The position numbers and the translations under genes are program-made. Shown here in pieces: positions 8,561 to 17,417 of a DNA stretch of 64,000 bases (position 1 is its first letter; every line of letters begins with the position of its first letter). A model generated the notes under the pieces. It was not told the DNA's origin. It did not search any database and worked only from the letters and a program-made list of their open reading frames with translations. Origin of the DNA: Proteiniphilum sp. (GTDB lineage Bacteria > Bacteroidota > Bacteroidia > Bacteroidales > Dysgonomonadaceae); NCBI GenBank assembly GCA_028709605.1, contig JAQVWR010000001.1:2662-66661 (forward strand), in the 5' to 3' direction.

Positions 8561-10879
8561 ATGCCAGAAAGTATTTGCGATAAAGTTATTAAAGCACTAA
8601 ACCAAGCCGGACATCACAACAGCAATGTAATGGTAAAGCCGGAAGTGATTCTGTGGCCGGATCCGGAGAATCAGTGGACCGAAGTAATTGGCACCTTGCA
8701 GGAAAAGTTGCCTTATTTGCTCGTGTATGGTTCGTATAACCCAACGAAGAGACAGGGACCGGCTATTTGGCTCAAGTGTGTGATTGCAAAAACGCTGCCC
8801 GATGCTACATGGAGTGATGAAATTATTCCCATCATCTACCTCCCAGGTGTAGCAAAGTCTGATTTGCGGAATGTGGAGAACGCTGTATTCAATTTTCAAC
8901 CTTTGTTGGAGTACCAATACACCGGGACGATGTTTCTCCAGGAGAATGGCCGTGAATGGAGTATACTGGCATTCGTGGAGAACCCCATAAGCGGATTGGG
9001 AGTAAAGGTGGCCAAGGACAACCGAACAAGAGAGACGATCAAAAAGACATTATCTTCCATTTTTCAGGATAGAGAGGTGCTGGCCAACAAATCAATCATC
9101 GATGCGGATTACCTGAATCAGCAGGTATTCCCTAACATCTTACCATCGATATTAGGATGGATGTGTAAGGGGGATGTATTTTTACAATCACTCAACAACG
9201 GGGAAAAAAGTGCATTCTACAACTTATGCCGTTCTCTCTTCGAGTTTGAACCTGACTATAAAAATATCAAAGCTATTGCAGAGAAACTGGGTTCTCGGAA
9301 GAATTCCTGGAATCAGGTGTGGCAATTGTATGCCACAGCTCCGCACAAGTATCCTGAAATGGAGGATTTGCTGCGTTTGGGAAAGCCTTCTGACCTGGGG
9401 GTTGGGGTATTTGCCCTTCCGGAGGAAAGCTGGCCGCAGGTAAACGAAGAAAAAGAAGGTGCATTGAGAAAAGCTCTTACCAATGCAGCGAAACAAGATG
9501 CATCAAGAGCTCTCCATACTTTACTCGAATTGGAAAAAGAGCATGGCAACAGGAGAAGCTGGGTCTGGTTTGAATTGGGTAGATCACCACTGGCTCACGC
9601 CTTGAAATACCTGACAGAAATGGCCGAGATTTCGTGTGAGGCTTACCCTTCTTCATCGATTGATGAGATAAAAGAGTATTACACTGACCGGGGGCTAAGG
9701 ATTGATCAATGTATGAGAAAGGCACTCGTGGCAGTTAAAACGGGAAAAGACAAAACCCTCATCAGCTCAGTCATACAACTCTTTTATAAACCTTGGTTAG
9801 AGAGCATCACCCGCAAGTTTCAAAAATTGATTGAGCAGGATGCCACTATCTTTACATCACAGAAGGCCGAGGTCGAATCTGAAACCTATCTGCTCTTTGT
9901 GGATGCTTTTCGCTATGAACTGGCTGACGAATTCAGTAAACGTTTGGTTAAACAAAAACTGAATGTTTCGCTGCAAACAGCCTGGAGTGCAATTCCATCC
10001 CTTACACCCACAGCCAAACCCAATGTATCACCAACAGTTGGTATGGTTGCGATGCCAAGCGATATCAAGGAGTTCCGACCACATCTGCAGAACGGAAAAG
10101 ATTTGCTTACCCCGGCTTTCCGGGAAGCGTTGCAAGAAGCTGGCTATACTTTGGTTACTCAGGCTGGTGATATACAGCCGGACGGACGTTATTGGCAGGA
10201 GATAGGTGATATTGACACGAAAGGGCACGAAGAGCAGGCCGATATGGTGAAACGAGTTGAAGAGCTCTTTGAAAAGATACAGGAGATGATAGAGGTAGCA
10301 TTTGAGAAAGGTATAAAACGAATCAAAATTGTCACCGATCATGGATGGTTACTGCTTCCCGGTGGGTTACCCAAAACAGAGCTTAACGCGGGACTCACAG
10401 AAACACGCTGGGGTCGATGCGCTTTGATCAAAGATGACGCAAAATGTGATTTGATCCATCTGCCTTGGCGTTGGAATCCCTCTATCTTTATTGCTTATGC
10501 TCCGGGAATAAGCTTCTTCAAGGCGAACCAGGAATATGCACACGGGGGTATTTCATTGCATGAATGCCTGATACCGGTGATGATAGTGGAGAATCCCAAT
10601 CAGAAGAAAATTGAAGTAAAGTTACTCGATATAAAATGGGTAAACTTAAAATGTACCGTTCAGACCTCTGAAGTACCGGATGGTTATGCTGTTGATATTC
10701 GAACGAAATACAGTGATGAAGAATCAACAGTTGTGGTATCAAAAAACAGGTTGGTGAAGGGTAATAGCGTAACGCTGATGGCCAATGACCTAAAAGAATA
10801 CCAGTCTGCCACAGTGGTATTGCTGAATGATAGGGGAATTATTTTGGATAAGAAACCAACGACCGTTGGGGGTGATTAA
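8561..10879 (+). CDS. pglZ: BREX alkaline-phosphatase-superfamily protein PglZ (type B-like)
   Basis: LFVDAFRYE, PSLTPTAK, IDTKGH, VTDHGW, YAHGGISLHECLIP metal-binding motifs; N-terminal ILWPDPENQW and GPAIWLKC; ATG at 8561. Confidence 0.9.
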   Translation: MPESICDKVIKALNQAGHHNSNVMVKPEVILWPDPENQWTEVIGTLQEKLPYLLVYGSYNPTKRQGPAIWLKCVIAKTLPDATWSDEIIPIIYLPGVAKSDLRNVENAVFNFQPLLEYQYTGTMFLQENGREWSILAFVENPISGLGVKVAKDNRTRETIKKTLSSIFQDREVLANKSIIDADYLNQQVFPNILPSILGWMCKGDVFLQSLNNGEKSAFYNLCRSLFEFEPDYKNIKAIAEKLGSRKNSWNQVWQLYATAPHKYPEMEDLLRLGKPSDLGVGVFALPEESWPQVNEEKEGALRKALTNAAKQDASRALHTLLELEKEHGNRRSWVWFELGRSPLAHALKYLTEMAEISCEAYPSSSIDEIKEYYTDRGLRIDQCMRKALVAVKTGKDKTLISSVIQLFYKPWLESITRKFQKLIEQDATIFTSQKAEVESETYLLFVDAFRYELADEFSKRLVKQKLNVSLQTAWSAIPSLTPTAKPNVSPTVGMVAMPSDIKEFRPHLQNGKDLLTPAFREALQEAGYTLVTQAGDIQPDGRYWQEIGDIDTKGHEEQADMVKRVEELFEKIQEMIEVAFEKGIKRIKIVTDHGWLLLPGGLPKTELNAGLTETRWGRCALIKDDAKCDLIHLPWRWNPSIFIAYAPGISFFKANQEYAHGGISLHECLIPVMIVENPNQKKIEVKLLDIKWVNLKCTVQTSEVPDGYAVDIRTKYSDEESTVVVSKNRLVKGNSVTLMANDLKEYQSATVVLLNDRGIILDKKPTTVGGD

Positions 10880-10891
10880 TTTTTTATCAAG

Positions 10892-12940
10892 ATGGAGTTA
10901 GATAAAATTGACCTGCTGGTTGCCAGCGCCTTTGAAGGATACATCGTGCGCAAAGATTTGCTGGAACAATTCCGTAAGACATACCCTGTTCCCACTTATG
11001 TAATTGAATTTCTTTTGGGAAGGTATTGTGCCACCACGAATGAGGAGGAGATTGCAGAAGGATTGGAGATTGTGAAGCGACAACTGCAAAATCGAACGGT
11101 CAGACCCGGTGAAGAGGAGTACTTCAAATCAAAAGCCAGGGAGAGAGGATCAATAAGGCTTATAGACATCATCACAGCACGTTTGGATACCGGATCAGAC
11201 AGTTATGTTGCCACGCTGCCGAGCTTACAGCTGAACAAGGTGCGTATCTCTCCTGAGATAGTGAGTGCGAACGACAGAATGCTTACAGGAGGGTTCTATG
11301 CGGAGATTGAACTGGAATATGATGCTGCTATTGCACAAGAAAATAGCGGTCGTCCTTTCGGCATTGCCTCAATACGTCCCATACAATTATCAAAAAGAGA
11401 CGTATTGAATTTACTGTATAAAGGACGTGAAAGCTTTACGTTGGAAGAATGGAAGGATTTTTTGATCCGGAGTGTGGGTTTTGAACCTTCCAGCTTGACA
11501 GATAAGGCGAAGAATGTTCTTTTTGTGCGGATAATTCCCTTTGTAGAGCGCAATTACAATCTGGTGGAACTGGGACCCAGAGGTACCGGTAAATCGCATC
11601 TCTATCAACAGATTTCTCCATATTCCCACCTGGTGTCGGGAGGCAAGGCCACCGTAGCGAAGATGTTTGTCAACATGGGAAGCGGTGAAAGGGGGTTGGT
11701 ATGCAAGTATGATGTGGTCTGTTTTGACGAGGTGTCGGGTATCTCCTTCGACCAGAAAGATGGAGTGAACATCATGAAGGGCTACATGGAGAGTGGTGAG
11801 TTCAGCCGGGGGAAAGAACCAATAAGAGCTGATGGGGGAATTGTAATGGTAGGAAATTTTGAGGTGGATGTAGAGCATCAGCAGAGAGTAAGCCACCTAT
11901 TTGGACCCATGCCCAAAGAAATGCGGGATGACACAGCCTTTATGGATCGAATCCACGCATTCGTGCCCGGATGGGATTTCCCAAAATTGAACAAGACATA
12001 CTTCACTGAACATTTTGGAATGGTAAGTGATTTTATGGCGGAGTGCTGGACCCGGCTGAGGGATATTAACAGACTCTCATCGGTTTTATCACGGATTGAC
12101 TATGGCGGTGCTCTGAGCGGACGCGATACCTCTGCGGTGAACAAGACACTCAACGGATTGTTGAAGCTGATGCAACCCAATCCCGAAGCTCCCATTACTG
12201 ACGAACTCCTTGAGTGGGCCGTGAGAATTGCCTTGGAGTACAGAAGGAGAGTGAAGGAGCAGCAGAAAAGGGTAGGGGCGGCTGAGTTCAGAAATACCCA
12301 TTTCAGTTACCGCATAGGTGAAGATGGGGTGGAAACATTTGTCACAACTCCGGAGATTCATAGTGAGCATACCATCGGAGAAGATCCAATGCCGCCCGGT
12401 CAAATCTGGACAATAAACATGGAAGGGAGTCAGGATGAACACACCGGATTGTACAAGATTGAAATCAATTCAATGCCGGGATCCGGTGTGAAGATCCTAA
12501 ACAAACCTGCGCCACCGGCATTCCAGGAGAGTGTGCGTTATGCAGAACAAAACCTTTACAGCAAAGCGAAGGAGTTAGTAGGGGATAGGGATCCCCGATA
12601 CCATGAGTTTTCTGTGCAATTGAGAGCTTTCGATGTATCGAAAAGTGGTAGTGGTGTGGGTATGGCTGTCTTGATTGGTTTGTGCAGTTCCATGCTCGAA
12701 AAACATATCAAAGGCGGATTGGTCATAGTGGGTCAGCTCAACTTGGGTGGATCACTTGACACGATCTATAATGCAGTGAACCTTGCCGAACTTGCGGTTG
12801 AAAAGGGAGCAACCACCCTACTTATCCCACTGAATGCCAGGAAACAGTTGAACGAGCTCTCAGACGAGATGATAACCAAAATCAACATTCAATACTATAC
12901 AGACCTGAAAGACTGTCTGATTAAAGCGATACTGGATTAG
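10892..12940 (+). CDS. brxL: BREX AAA+/Lon-like protein BrxL
   Basis: VPTYVIEFLLGRYC, Walker A ELGPRGTGKS, Walker B VCFDEV, MESGEFSRGK, DTAFMDRIH; Lon-like C-terminal domain; 682 aa. Confidence 0.92.
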   Translation: MELDKIDLLVASAFEGYIVRKDLLEQFRKTYPVPTYVIEFLLGRYCATTNEEEIAEGLEIVKRQLQNRTVRPGEEEYFKSKARERGSIRLIDIITARLDTGSDSYVATLPSLQLNKVRISPEIVSANDRMLTGGFYAEIELEYDAAIAQENSGRPFGIASIRPIQLSKRDVLNLLYKGRESFTLEEWKDFLIRSVGFEPSSLTDKAKNVLFVRIIPFVERNYNLVELGPRGTGKSHLYQQISPYSHLVSGGKATVAKMFVNMGSGERGLVCKYDVVCFDEVSGISFDQKDGVNIMKGYMESGEFSRGKEPIRADGGIVMVGNFEVDVEHQQRVSHLFGPMPKEMRDDTAFMDRIHAFVPGWDFPKLNKTYFTEHFGMVSDFMAECWTRLRDINRLSSVLSRIDYGGALSGRDTSAVNKTLNGLLKLMQPNPEAPITDELLEWAVRIALEYRRRVKEQQKRVGAAEFRNTHFSYRIGEDGVETFVTTPEIHSEHTIGEDPMPPGQIWTINMEGSQDEHTGLYKIEINSMPGSGVKILNKPAPPAFQESVRYAEQNLYSKAKELVGDRDPRYHEFSVQLRAFDVSKSGSGVGMAVLIGLCSSMLEKHIKGGLVIVGQLNLGGSLDTIYNAVNLAELAVEKGATTLLIPLNARKQLNELSDEMITKINIQYYTDLKDCLIKAILD

Positions 12941-12994
12941 TATAAATTCTACTTTGCCAAAAAACAAGCGTAGCACTCTATTTTCTATGTTGGG

Positions 12995-13036
12995 TGTGAT
13001 AGACATCCCTGTTATTGTGATAGGCATCCCTGTTAT
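12995..13036 (+). repeat. Intergenic 21-bp direct repeat, 2 adjacent copies, 1 mismatch
   Basis: TGTGATAGACATCCCTGTTAT (12995-13015) and TGTGATAGGCATCCCTGTTAT (13016-13036). Confidence 0.9.
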
Positions 13037-13072
13037 ATGGTGGTTGGGAGGAATGTTTTAAATTGCAATACT

Positions 13073-13255
13073 ATGATAAGCCGAGAAGAAGAAACTAAGA
13101 GACGGACAATAGCTTGGGAAGAAAAACACGGGAAGAAATTGGAGGATTTTAACCGAAAAGAGTGGATAAAGGCAGTATCCGAGATTATGGCAATGACCGA
13201 GAGAGAAGCTGAGGAATATCTAGATCACCTAATTATGAACAAGAATTCTCGTTAA
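13073..13255 (+). CDS. Small hypothetical protein (60 aa, charged, helical-looking)
   Basis: ATG 13073 preceded by an AT-rich stretch; MISREEETKRRTIAWEEKHGKKLEDFNRKEWIKAVSEIMAMTEREAEEYLDHL reads as protein-like; fills the gap between brxL and the tRNA. Confidence 0.55.
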   Translation: MISREEETKRRTIAWEEKHGKKLEDFNRKEWIKAVSEIMAMTEREAEEYLDHLIMNKNSR

Positions 13256-13336
13256 TTATATAATTGCAAGAAAAGCAATGTGATCCAATTTAAAAGGCAA
13301 AACTCAAACTATTCTTACTAAAATTCCAGCTTTTCT

Positions 13337-13388
13337 AAAAATAAAAACGGCGTAAATAGCTGATTGTATGCTAAATGTGCCGTTTTAT
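13337..13388 (-). terminator. Hairpin plus U-tract directly downstream of tRNA-Gln (terminator and/or att-site flank)
   Basis: On the minus strand AAAACGGC...TAGC-loop-GCTA...GCCGTTTT followed by TATTTTT. Confidence 0.6.
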
Positions 13389-13462
13389 TGGTTGTCCCAC
13401 AAGGATTCGAACCTTAACTGGCTGAACCAAAATCAGATGTGCTACCATTACACCATGGGACA
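13389..13462 (-). tRNA. tRNA-Gln (anticodon TTG), CCA encoded
   Basis: Reverse complement TGTCCCATGGTGTAATGGTAGCACATCTGATTTTGGTTCAGCCAGTTAAGGTTCGAATCCTTGTGGGACAACCA folds as a cloverleaf with GGTTCGAATCC T-arm. Confidence 0.96.
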
Positions 13463-13490
13463 ATCCTTATCTGCTTCGTGAAAAGCAGTG

Positions 13491-13522
13491 CAAAAGTAGT
13501 ATAATAAATGTAACGTACCAAA
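13491..13522 (-). promoter_or_regulatory. Bacteroidetes primary-sigma promoter for tRNA-Gln
   Basis: Minus strand TTTG (13522-13519), 20-nt spacer, TACTTTTG (13498-13491) matches TTTG-N19-21-TAnnTTTG. Confidence 0.75.
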
Positions 13523-13617
13523 TTATTCGATCTCTTTTTCAGAGATGCGACCATACTCATTCGGAGCGGGTAGGGCCGGAGCGGAATTGTCGCCGCTGTG
13601 GCGGGTTTAGATACTTA

Positions 13618-14913
13618 TTATTCGGCGATCAGCAGGAAATAGTTTTTCTTTCCCCGTTGGGCCAGGATATACTTGTCGCCGATGAGGTGTGAGAGGCCGA
13701 TCGTCTCATCAAACGGCTCCAGCTTCTCTTTGTTGATCATCACACCACCGGCCTGCACTGTCTTGCGCATCTCTCCCTTGGAGGGGAAGACAGCTGCCTC
13801 GTCGGTCAAGAGGTCCACCGCCTTGATCCCTTGGGCAAGCTTCTCCCTGGAGATGGCAAACTGCGGCACCCCCTCGAATACCTGCAGGAAGGTAGTCTCA
13901 TCGATCGAGCGTAACATCTCGGAGGTGGATCGCCCGAAGAGGATCTGTGAGGCGTTCACCGCCATCTCGTAATCCTCGCGGGAGTGTACCATCACGGTCA
14001 CCTCTTCTGCCAGTCGCTTTTGCAGCGGACGCAGGTGGGGAGCCGCCTGTTGCTCTTGCACGAGGACTTCAATTTCTTCTTTCGAAAGTGAAGTAAAGAT
14101 CTTGATATACTTCTCCGCATCGGCATCGCTCACATTGAGCCAGAACTGATAAAACTGATAGGGGGAAGTGTAGCGGGGGTCGAGCCAGACGTTACCGCTC
14201 TCGGTCTTACCGAATTTGCCGCCGTCGGCCTTGGTGATCAGCGGGCACACTAAGGCAAATGCTTCTCCTCCTTCCACACGGCGGATCAGTTCCGTGCCGG
14301 TGGTGATATTGCCCCACTGATCGGAACCGCCTACCTGCAGACGCACACCCTTCTCCCGGTAGAGATGCAGGAAATCGTATCCCTGCAGCAGTTGATAAGA
14401 AAACTCGGTGAACGACATCCCTTCGCTGGACTCGCCACTCAGTCGCTTCTTGACCGAGTCTTTCGCCATCATATAGTTGACGGTGATGTGCTTGCCGATG
14501 TCACGGATAAAGTGAAGGAAGGAGTAGTTCTTCATCCAGTCGTAGTTGTTTACCAGGATCGCTCGGTTGGGGATATCGCTCTCGAAATCCAGGAATTTGG
14601 ACAACTGTTGCTTGATCGCCTCCTGATTATGACGGAGGGTCTCCTCATCGAGCAGGTTGCGCTCGGCCGACTTCATGGAGGGATCGCCAATCATGCCGGT
14701 AGCACCGCCCACCAGCGCCACCGGTGTATGTCCGGAGCGTTGCAGGTGTTTGAGCATCATCACCCCGACCAGGTGACCGATATGCAGCGAGTCGGCCGTA
14801 GGGTCAATCCCCAGGTATCCCGATATCTGTTCTTTCTGTAACAACTCCTCCGTACCGGGCATCACATCGTGTACCATGCCGCGCCAGCGGAGCTCTTCCA
14901 CAAAATTCATCAT
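13618..14913 (-). CDS. tyrS: Tyrosine--tRNA ligase
   Basis: [13 protein letters not shown] (HIGH), [15 protein letters not shown] (KMSKS-like), C-terminal S4 domain. Confidence 0.97.
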   Translation of the reverse strand: MMNFVEELRWRGMVHDVMPGTEELLQKEQISGYLGIDPTADSLHIGHLVGVMMLKHLQRSGHTPVALVGGATGMIGDPSMKSAERNLLDEETLRHNQEAIKQQLSKFLDFESDIPNRAILVNNYDWMKNYSFLHFIRDIGKHITVNYMMAKDSVKKRLSGESSEGMSFTEFSYQLLQGYDFLHLYREKGVRLQVGGSDQWGNITTGTELIRRVEGGEAFALVCPLITKADGGKFGKTESGNVWLDPRYTSPYQFYQFWLNVSDADAEKYIKIFTSLSKEEIEVLVQEQQAAPHLRPLQKRLAEEVTVMVHSREDYEMAVNASQILFGRSTSEMLRSIDETTFLQVFEGVPQFAISREKLAQGIKAVDLLTDEAAVFPSKGEMRKTVQAGGVMINKEKLEPFDETIGLSHLIGDKYILAQRGKKNYFLLIAE

Positions 14914-15025
14914 ATTGGTTTGATTCTATCGCAATTTTTAAAAACTATGCAAAGATAAGAAAAATCATCGGGATAGGGGAGGGCTCACGCGCTATTTATC
15001 CGGTTGTTCCACCGGTGGGGGAACG

Positions 15026-16468
15026 TTATTTGCGGCCGGCCATCATAAAGAGGGCAAAGACGTTCATGATCTCCAGACGCCCCAGCAGCATATTGGCCGA
15101 CAGGAGATATTTTGCGGCATCAGGTAAATGTGCAAAGTTTCCGAAGGAGCTCACCTCTCCAAACCCCGGTCCCACATTGCCGATGGTGGCAATGGATGCC
15201 GAAAAGGCAGTCATCCCGTCTATCCCCATTGCGGCAAGCAACAGGGTGGTGATGGTGAACGTAACAATATAGAGCAAAATAAATACCATGATTTGCAGCT
15301 CCAGATCCTGTTCGATCACTTGTTTATCCATCTTCACGGCATAGACCCCGTTGGGATGCAGGATCAGCTTCAACTGTTTGCTGACCGACTGAAAGAAGAG
15401 GTAGATACGGTCGAACTTGATACCTCCCGCTGTTGACCCCACCATGCCGCACTGAATGGTGAAATAGCAGAGAAGAATGATGGAGAAAACAGGCCAAACG
15501 GATGTGTCGGCGGTGACCAGTCCGGTGGTGCTGGCCAGGGAGATCACTTGAAAGGATGCATATCGCAATGATTCTCCGAAGCCGAAGAATTTCTCGTGTG
15601 TCAACTGGAGGGTAACCAGCAGGATGCCGGCAACAATGACTCCCATATAGGCGCGAGTGGGGCGGGAGGTGAAGATGTTGAATTTTTGCCTGGTCATGGT
15701 GGCGTAAACCAGTCCGAAGTGCATACTGCTCACCAGCATAAAGATCATGATTACTATCTCGATCCATATATTGTTGTAGGAAGCAATACTCAAGTTTCGG
15801 GTAGAGAAACCTGCCGTGGCGATCGTAGAGAAGGAGTGACAGATGGCATCAAAGAAACTCATCCCCAATATTTTCAGCAGGATGGTCTCCGCGATGATCA
15901 GACTGAAGTAGACGGTGGCGATGATGCGTACGATATGCCGTGAACGGGTGCGGAAGCTCATCTTGGAGAGATCGGAAACCTCCGAACGATAAAAGCTGGA
16001 CTGCACCCCTTTCTTTTCGGGCAGTACCAACAGCACAAACAGAATGATTCCCACTCCTCCGATAAAGGTGGTAGAGGAGCGCCAGAACAATAATCCCTTT
16101 GGAAGGATCTCTACATTGGTCAGGGTGCTGGAGCCCGTAGTGGTGTAGCCCGATACGCTTTCGAACAGTGCATTAGCCAACGTAAACTCCCCTCCCCAGA
16201 TGATGTAGGGGGTCATTCCCACTACGCAGGTAAGGATCCACCCCAGCACACTGATGGTCAGTCCTTCGTAAAAGGATATCTCCTCTATTTTTTCGACAAA
16301 TATCTGCGGAAAGCTTCCCATAATAGCGGTTACAACCGCGCTGAACAAGAGAGCATTCAATGAGTTTTCCTGATGGGCAAAAGATATCATTGCCGCGATA
16401 AACAGGAACAACGCGTTGAACAGCAAAATATAGCCGAGATATTTGATGACAACCCTGTAACGTACCAT
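15026..16468 (-). CDS. trkH: TrkH family potassium uptake membrane protein
   Basis: Four pore-loop signatures SGYTTTG, TIATAGF, ASTTG, IGNVGPG; STAGGIK; MLLGRLE. Confidence 0.93.
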   Translation of the reverse strand: MVRYRVVIKYLGYILLFNALFLFIAAMISFAHQENSLNALLFSAVVTAIMGSFPQIFVEKIEEISFYEGLTISVLGWILTCVVGMTPYIIWGGEFTLANALFESVSGYTTTGSSTLTNVEILPKGLLFWRSSTTFIGGVGIILFVLLVLPEKKGVQSSFYRSEVSDLSKMSFRTRSRHIVRIIATVYFSLIIAETILLKILGMSFFDAICHSFSTIATAGFSTRNLSIASYNNIWIEIVIMIFMLVSSMHFGLVYATMTRQKFNIFTSRPTRAYMGVIVAGILLVTLQLTHEKFFGFGESLRYASFQVISLASTTGLVTADTSVWPVFSIILLCYFTIQCGMVGSTAGGIKFDRIYLFFQSVSKQLKLILHPNGVYAVKMDKQVIEQDLELQIMVFILLYIVTFTITTLLLAAMGIDGMTAFSASIATIGNVGPGFGEVSSFGNFAHLPDAAKYLLSANMLLGRLEIMNVFALFMMAGRK

Positions 16469-16471
16469 CTC

Positions 16472-17251
16472 TTATTCGTTGTTTTGTTCTCTTTTATGCA
16501 GAAGACGTGATATCAGCTTGTTCATTTCCTCCTCGAGCGACTTGAATTCGTCCCGCGAAACGATCCCTGCATCCAGCCGCCCCTTTTCAGGATAATACTC
16601 CCGGATGCTCTCTGTCAGATGCTGCACAGGACGGATAAAATAGAGCCTTATAAAATAATAGAGAAGCAGGGAAAAGAGAACCGCCACCACGATCGAAACG
16701 AAGGCGGGCATCATCGCCCTGCGTGAGCTCTCCTGTATGCTGCACGACTGACGGTACGTCTGTTCCTGGTTCAACATCATCAGCTTATTGACGGCTTTTT
16801 TTGCCCGGAAGAAGGGCTCTTGTGCTTCCCGGTCATACTGCTCTTTGGCGTCTTCCGGGATCCACTCATTGCCGGTGATGGCAAGCACCGATGCATGGTA
16901 GTGACCATATGCCTCTGTGATGTTTGAGATGAGGCGGGGTGCATCGGCTTCCGTGATGTTTTTCTTCGCTTCACGGATGGCATTGCGTATGATCGTGTGC
17001 GAAGAGAGGATGGTATCCAACCCGGCATCGCGGTCTCCGATCATCCACAGCAAGAGGCCGCTATTTTCGCGTTCCAGTGCATCCGTCATCTTTTTGGCTG
17101 CTTCGATGGAACGGTAATTGTTTGTAAGCACCCTGTCCACAGATTCTCCTATCTTTCTGAACTCCAACGTCGATATGACTGCGGCAGCCAGCAACATCAG
17201 GATGAGCAGGAAGAGGCTTAACACCATTTTATTTTGAAGCGATCTGATCAT
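16472..17251 (-). CDS. Membrane sensor-like protein: TM, four-helix-bundle (4HB_MCP-like) periplasmic domain, TM, HAMP; no output domain
   Basis: Two hydrophobic segments, NNYRSIEAAKKM helical sensor motif, IRPVQHLT...SRDEFKSL HAMP signature, then stop. Confidence 0.65.
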   Translation of the reverse strand: MIRSLQNKMVLSLFLLILMLLAAAVISTLEFRKIGESVDRVLTNNYRSIEAAKKMTDALERENSGLLLWMIGDRDAGLDTILSSHTIIRNAIREAKKNITEADAPRLISNITEAYGHYHASVLAITGNEWIPEDAKEQYDREAQEPFFRAKKAVNKLMMLNQEQTYRQSCSIQESSRRAMMPAFVSIVVAVLFSLLLYYFIRLYFIRPVQHLTESIREYYPEKGRLDAGIVSRDEFKSLEEEMNKLISRLLHKREQNNE

Positions 17252-17344
17252 TCTAAGCAGTTTCGTGAGGTTTTTGTTTTGGGATGTAAAAGTAGTTTTT
17301 TTTTAGCGGTTGCGGGAAAGAACACCTGTTTTTTTTCACAAACA

Positions 17345-17378
17345 CACCCCAAAAGGCGTATTCCACTCTTTTGGGGTG
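17345..17378 (-). terminator. Stem-loop downstream of the TPR lipoprotein gene
   Basis: CACCCCAAAAG / CTTTTGGGGTG 11-bp inverted repeat; U-tract weak. Confidence 0.5.
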
Positions 17379-17417
17379 CTGAACGGGGTTGACCCCCTCT
17401 CCTGAACAGTCTCTTGC

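Larger units (their letters stand above)
1..13388. mobile_element. Right end of a defence island integrated at the 3' end of tRNA-Gln (left end and any integrase lie outside the window)
   Basis: Visibly more AT-rich than the core genes after 13.6 kb; contains only defence and hypothetical genes; ends immediately at the CCA end of the minus-strand tRNA-Gln. Confidence 0.65.
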
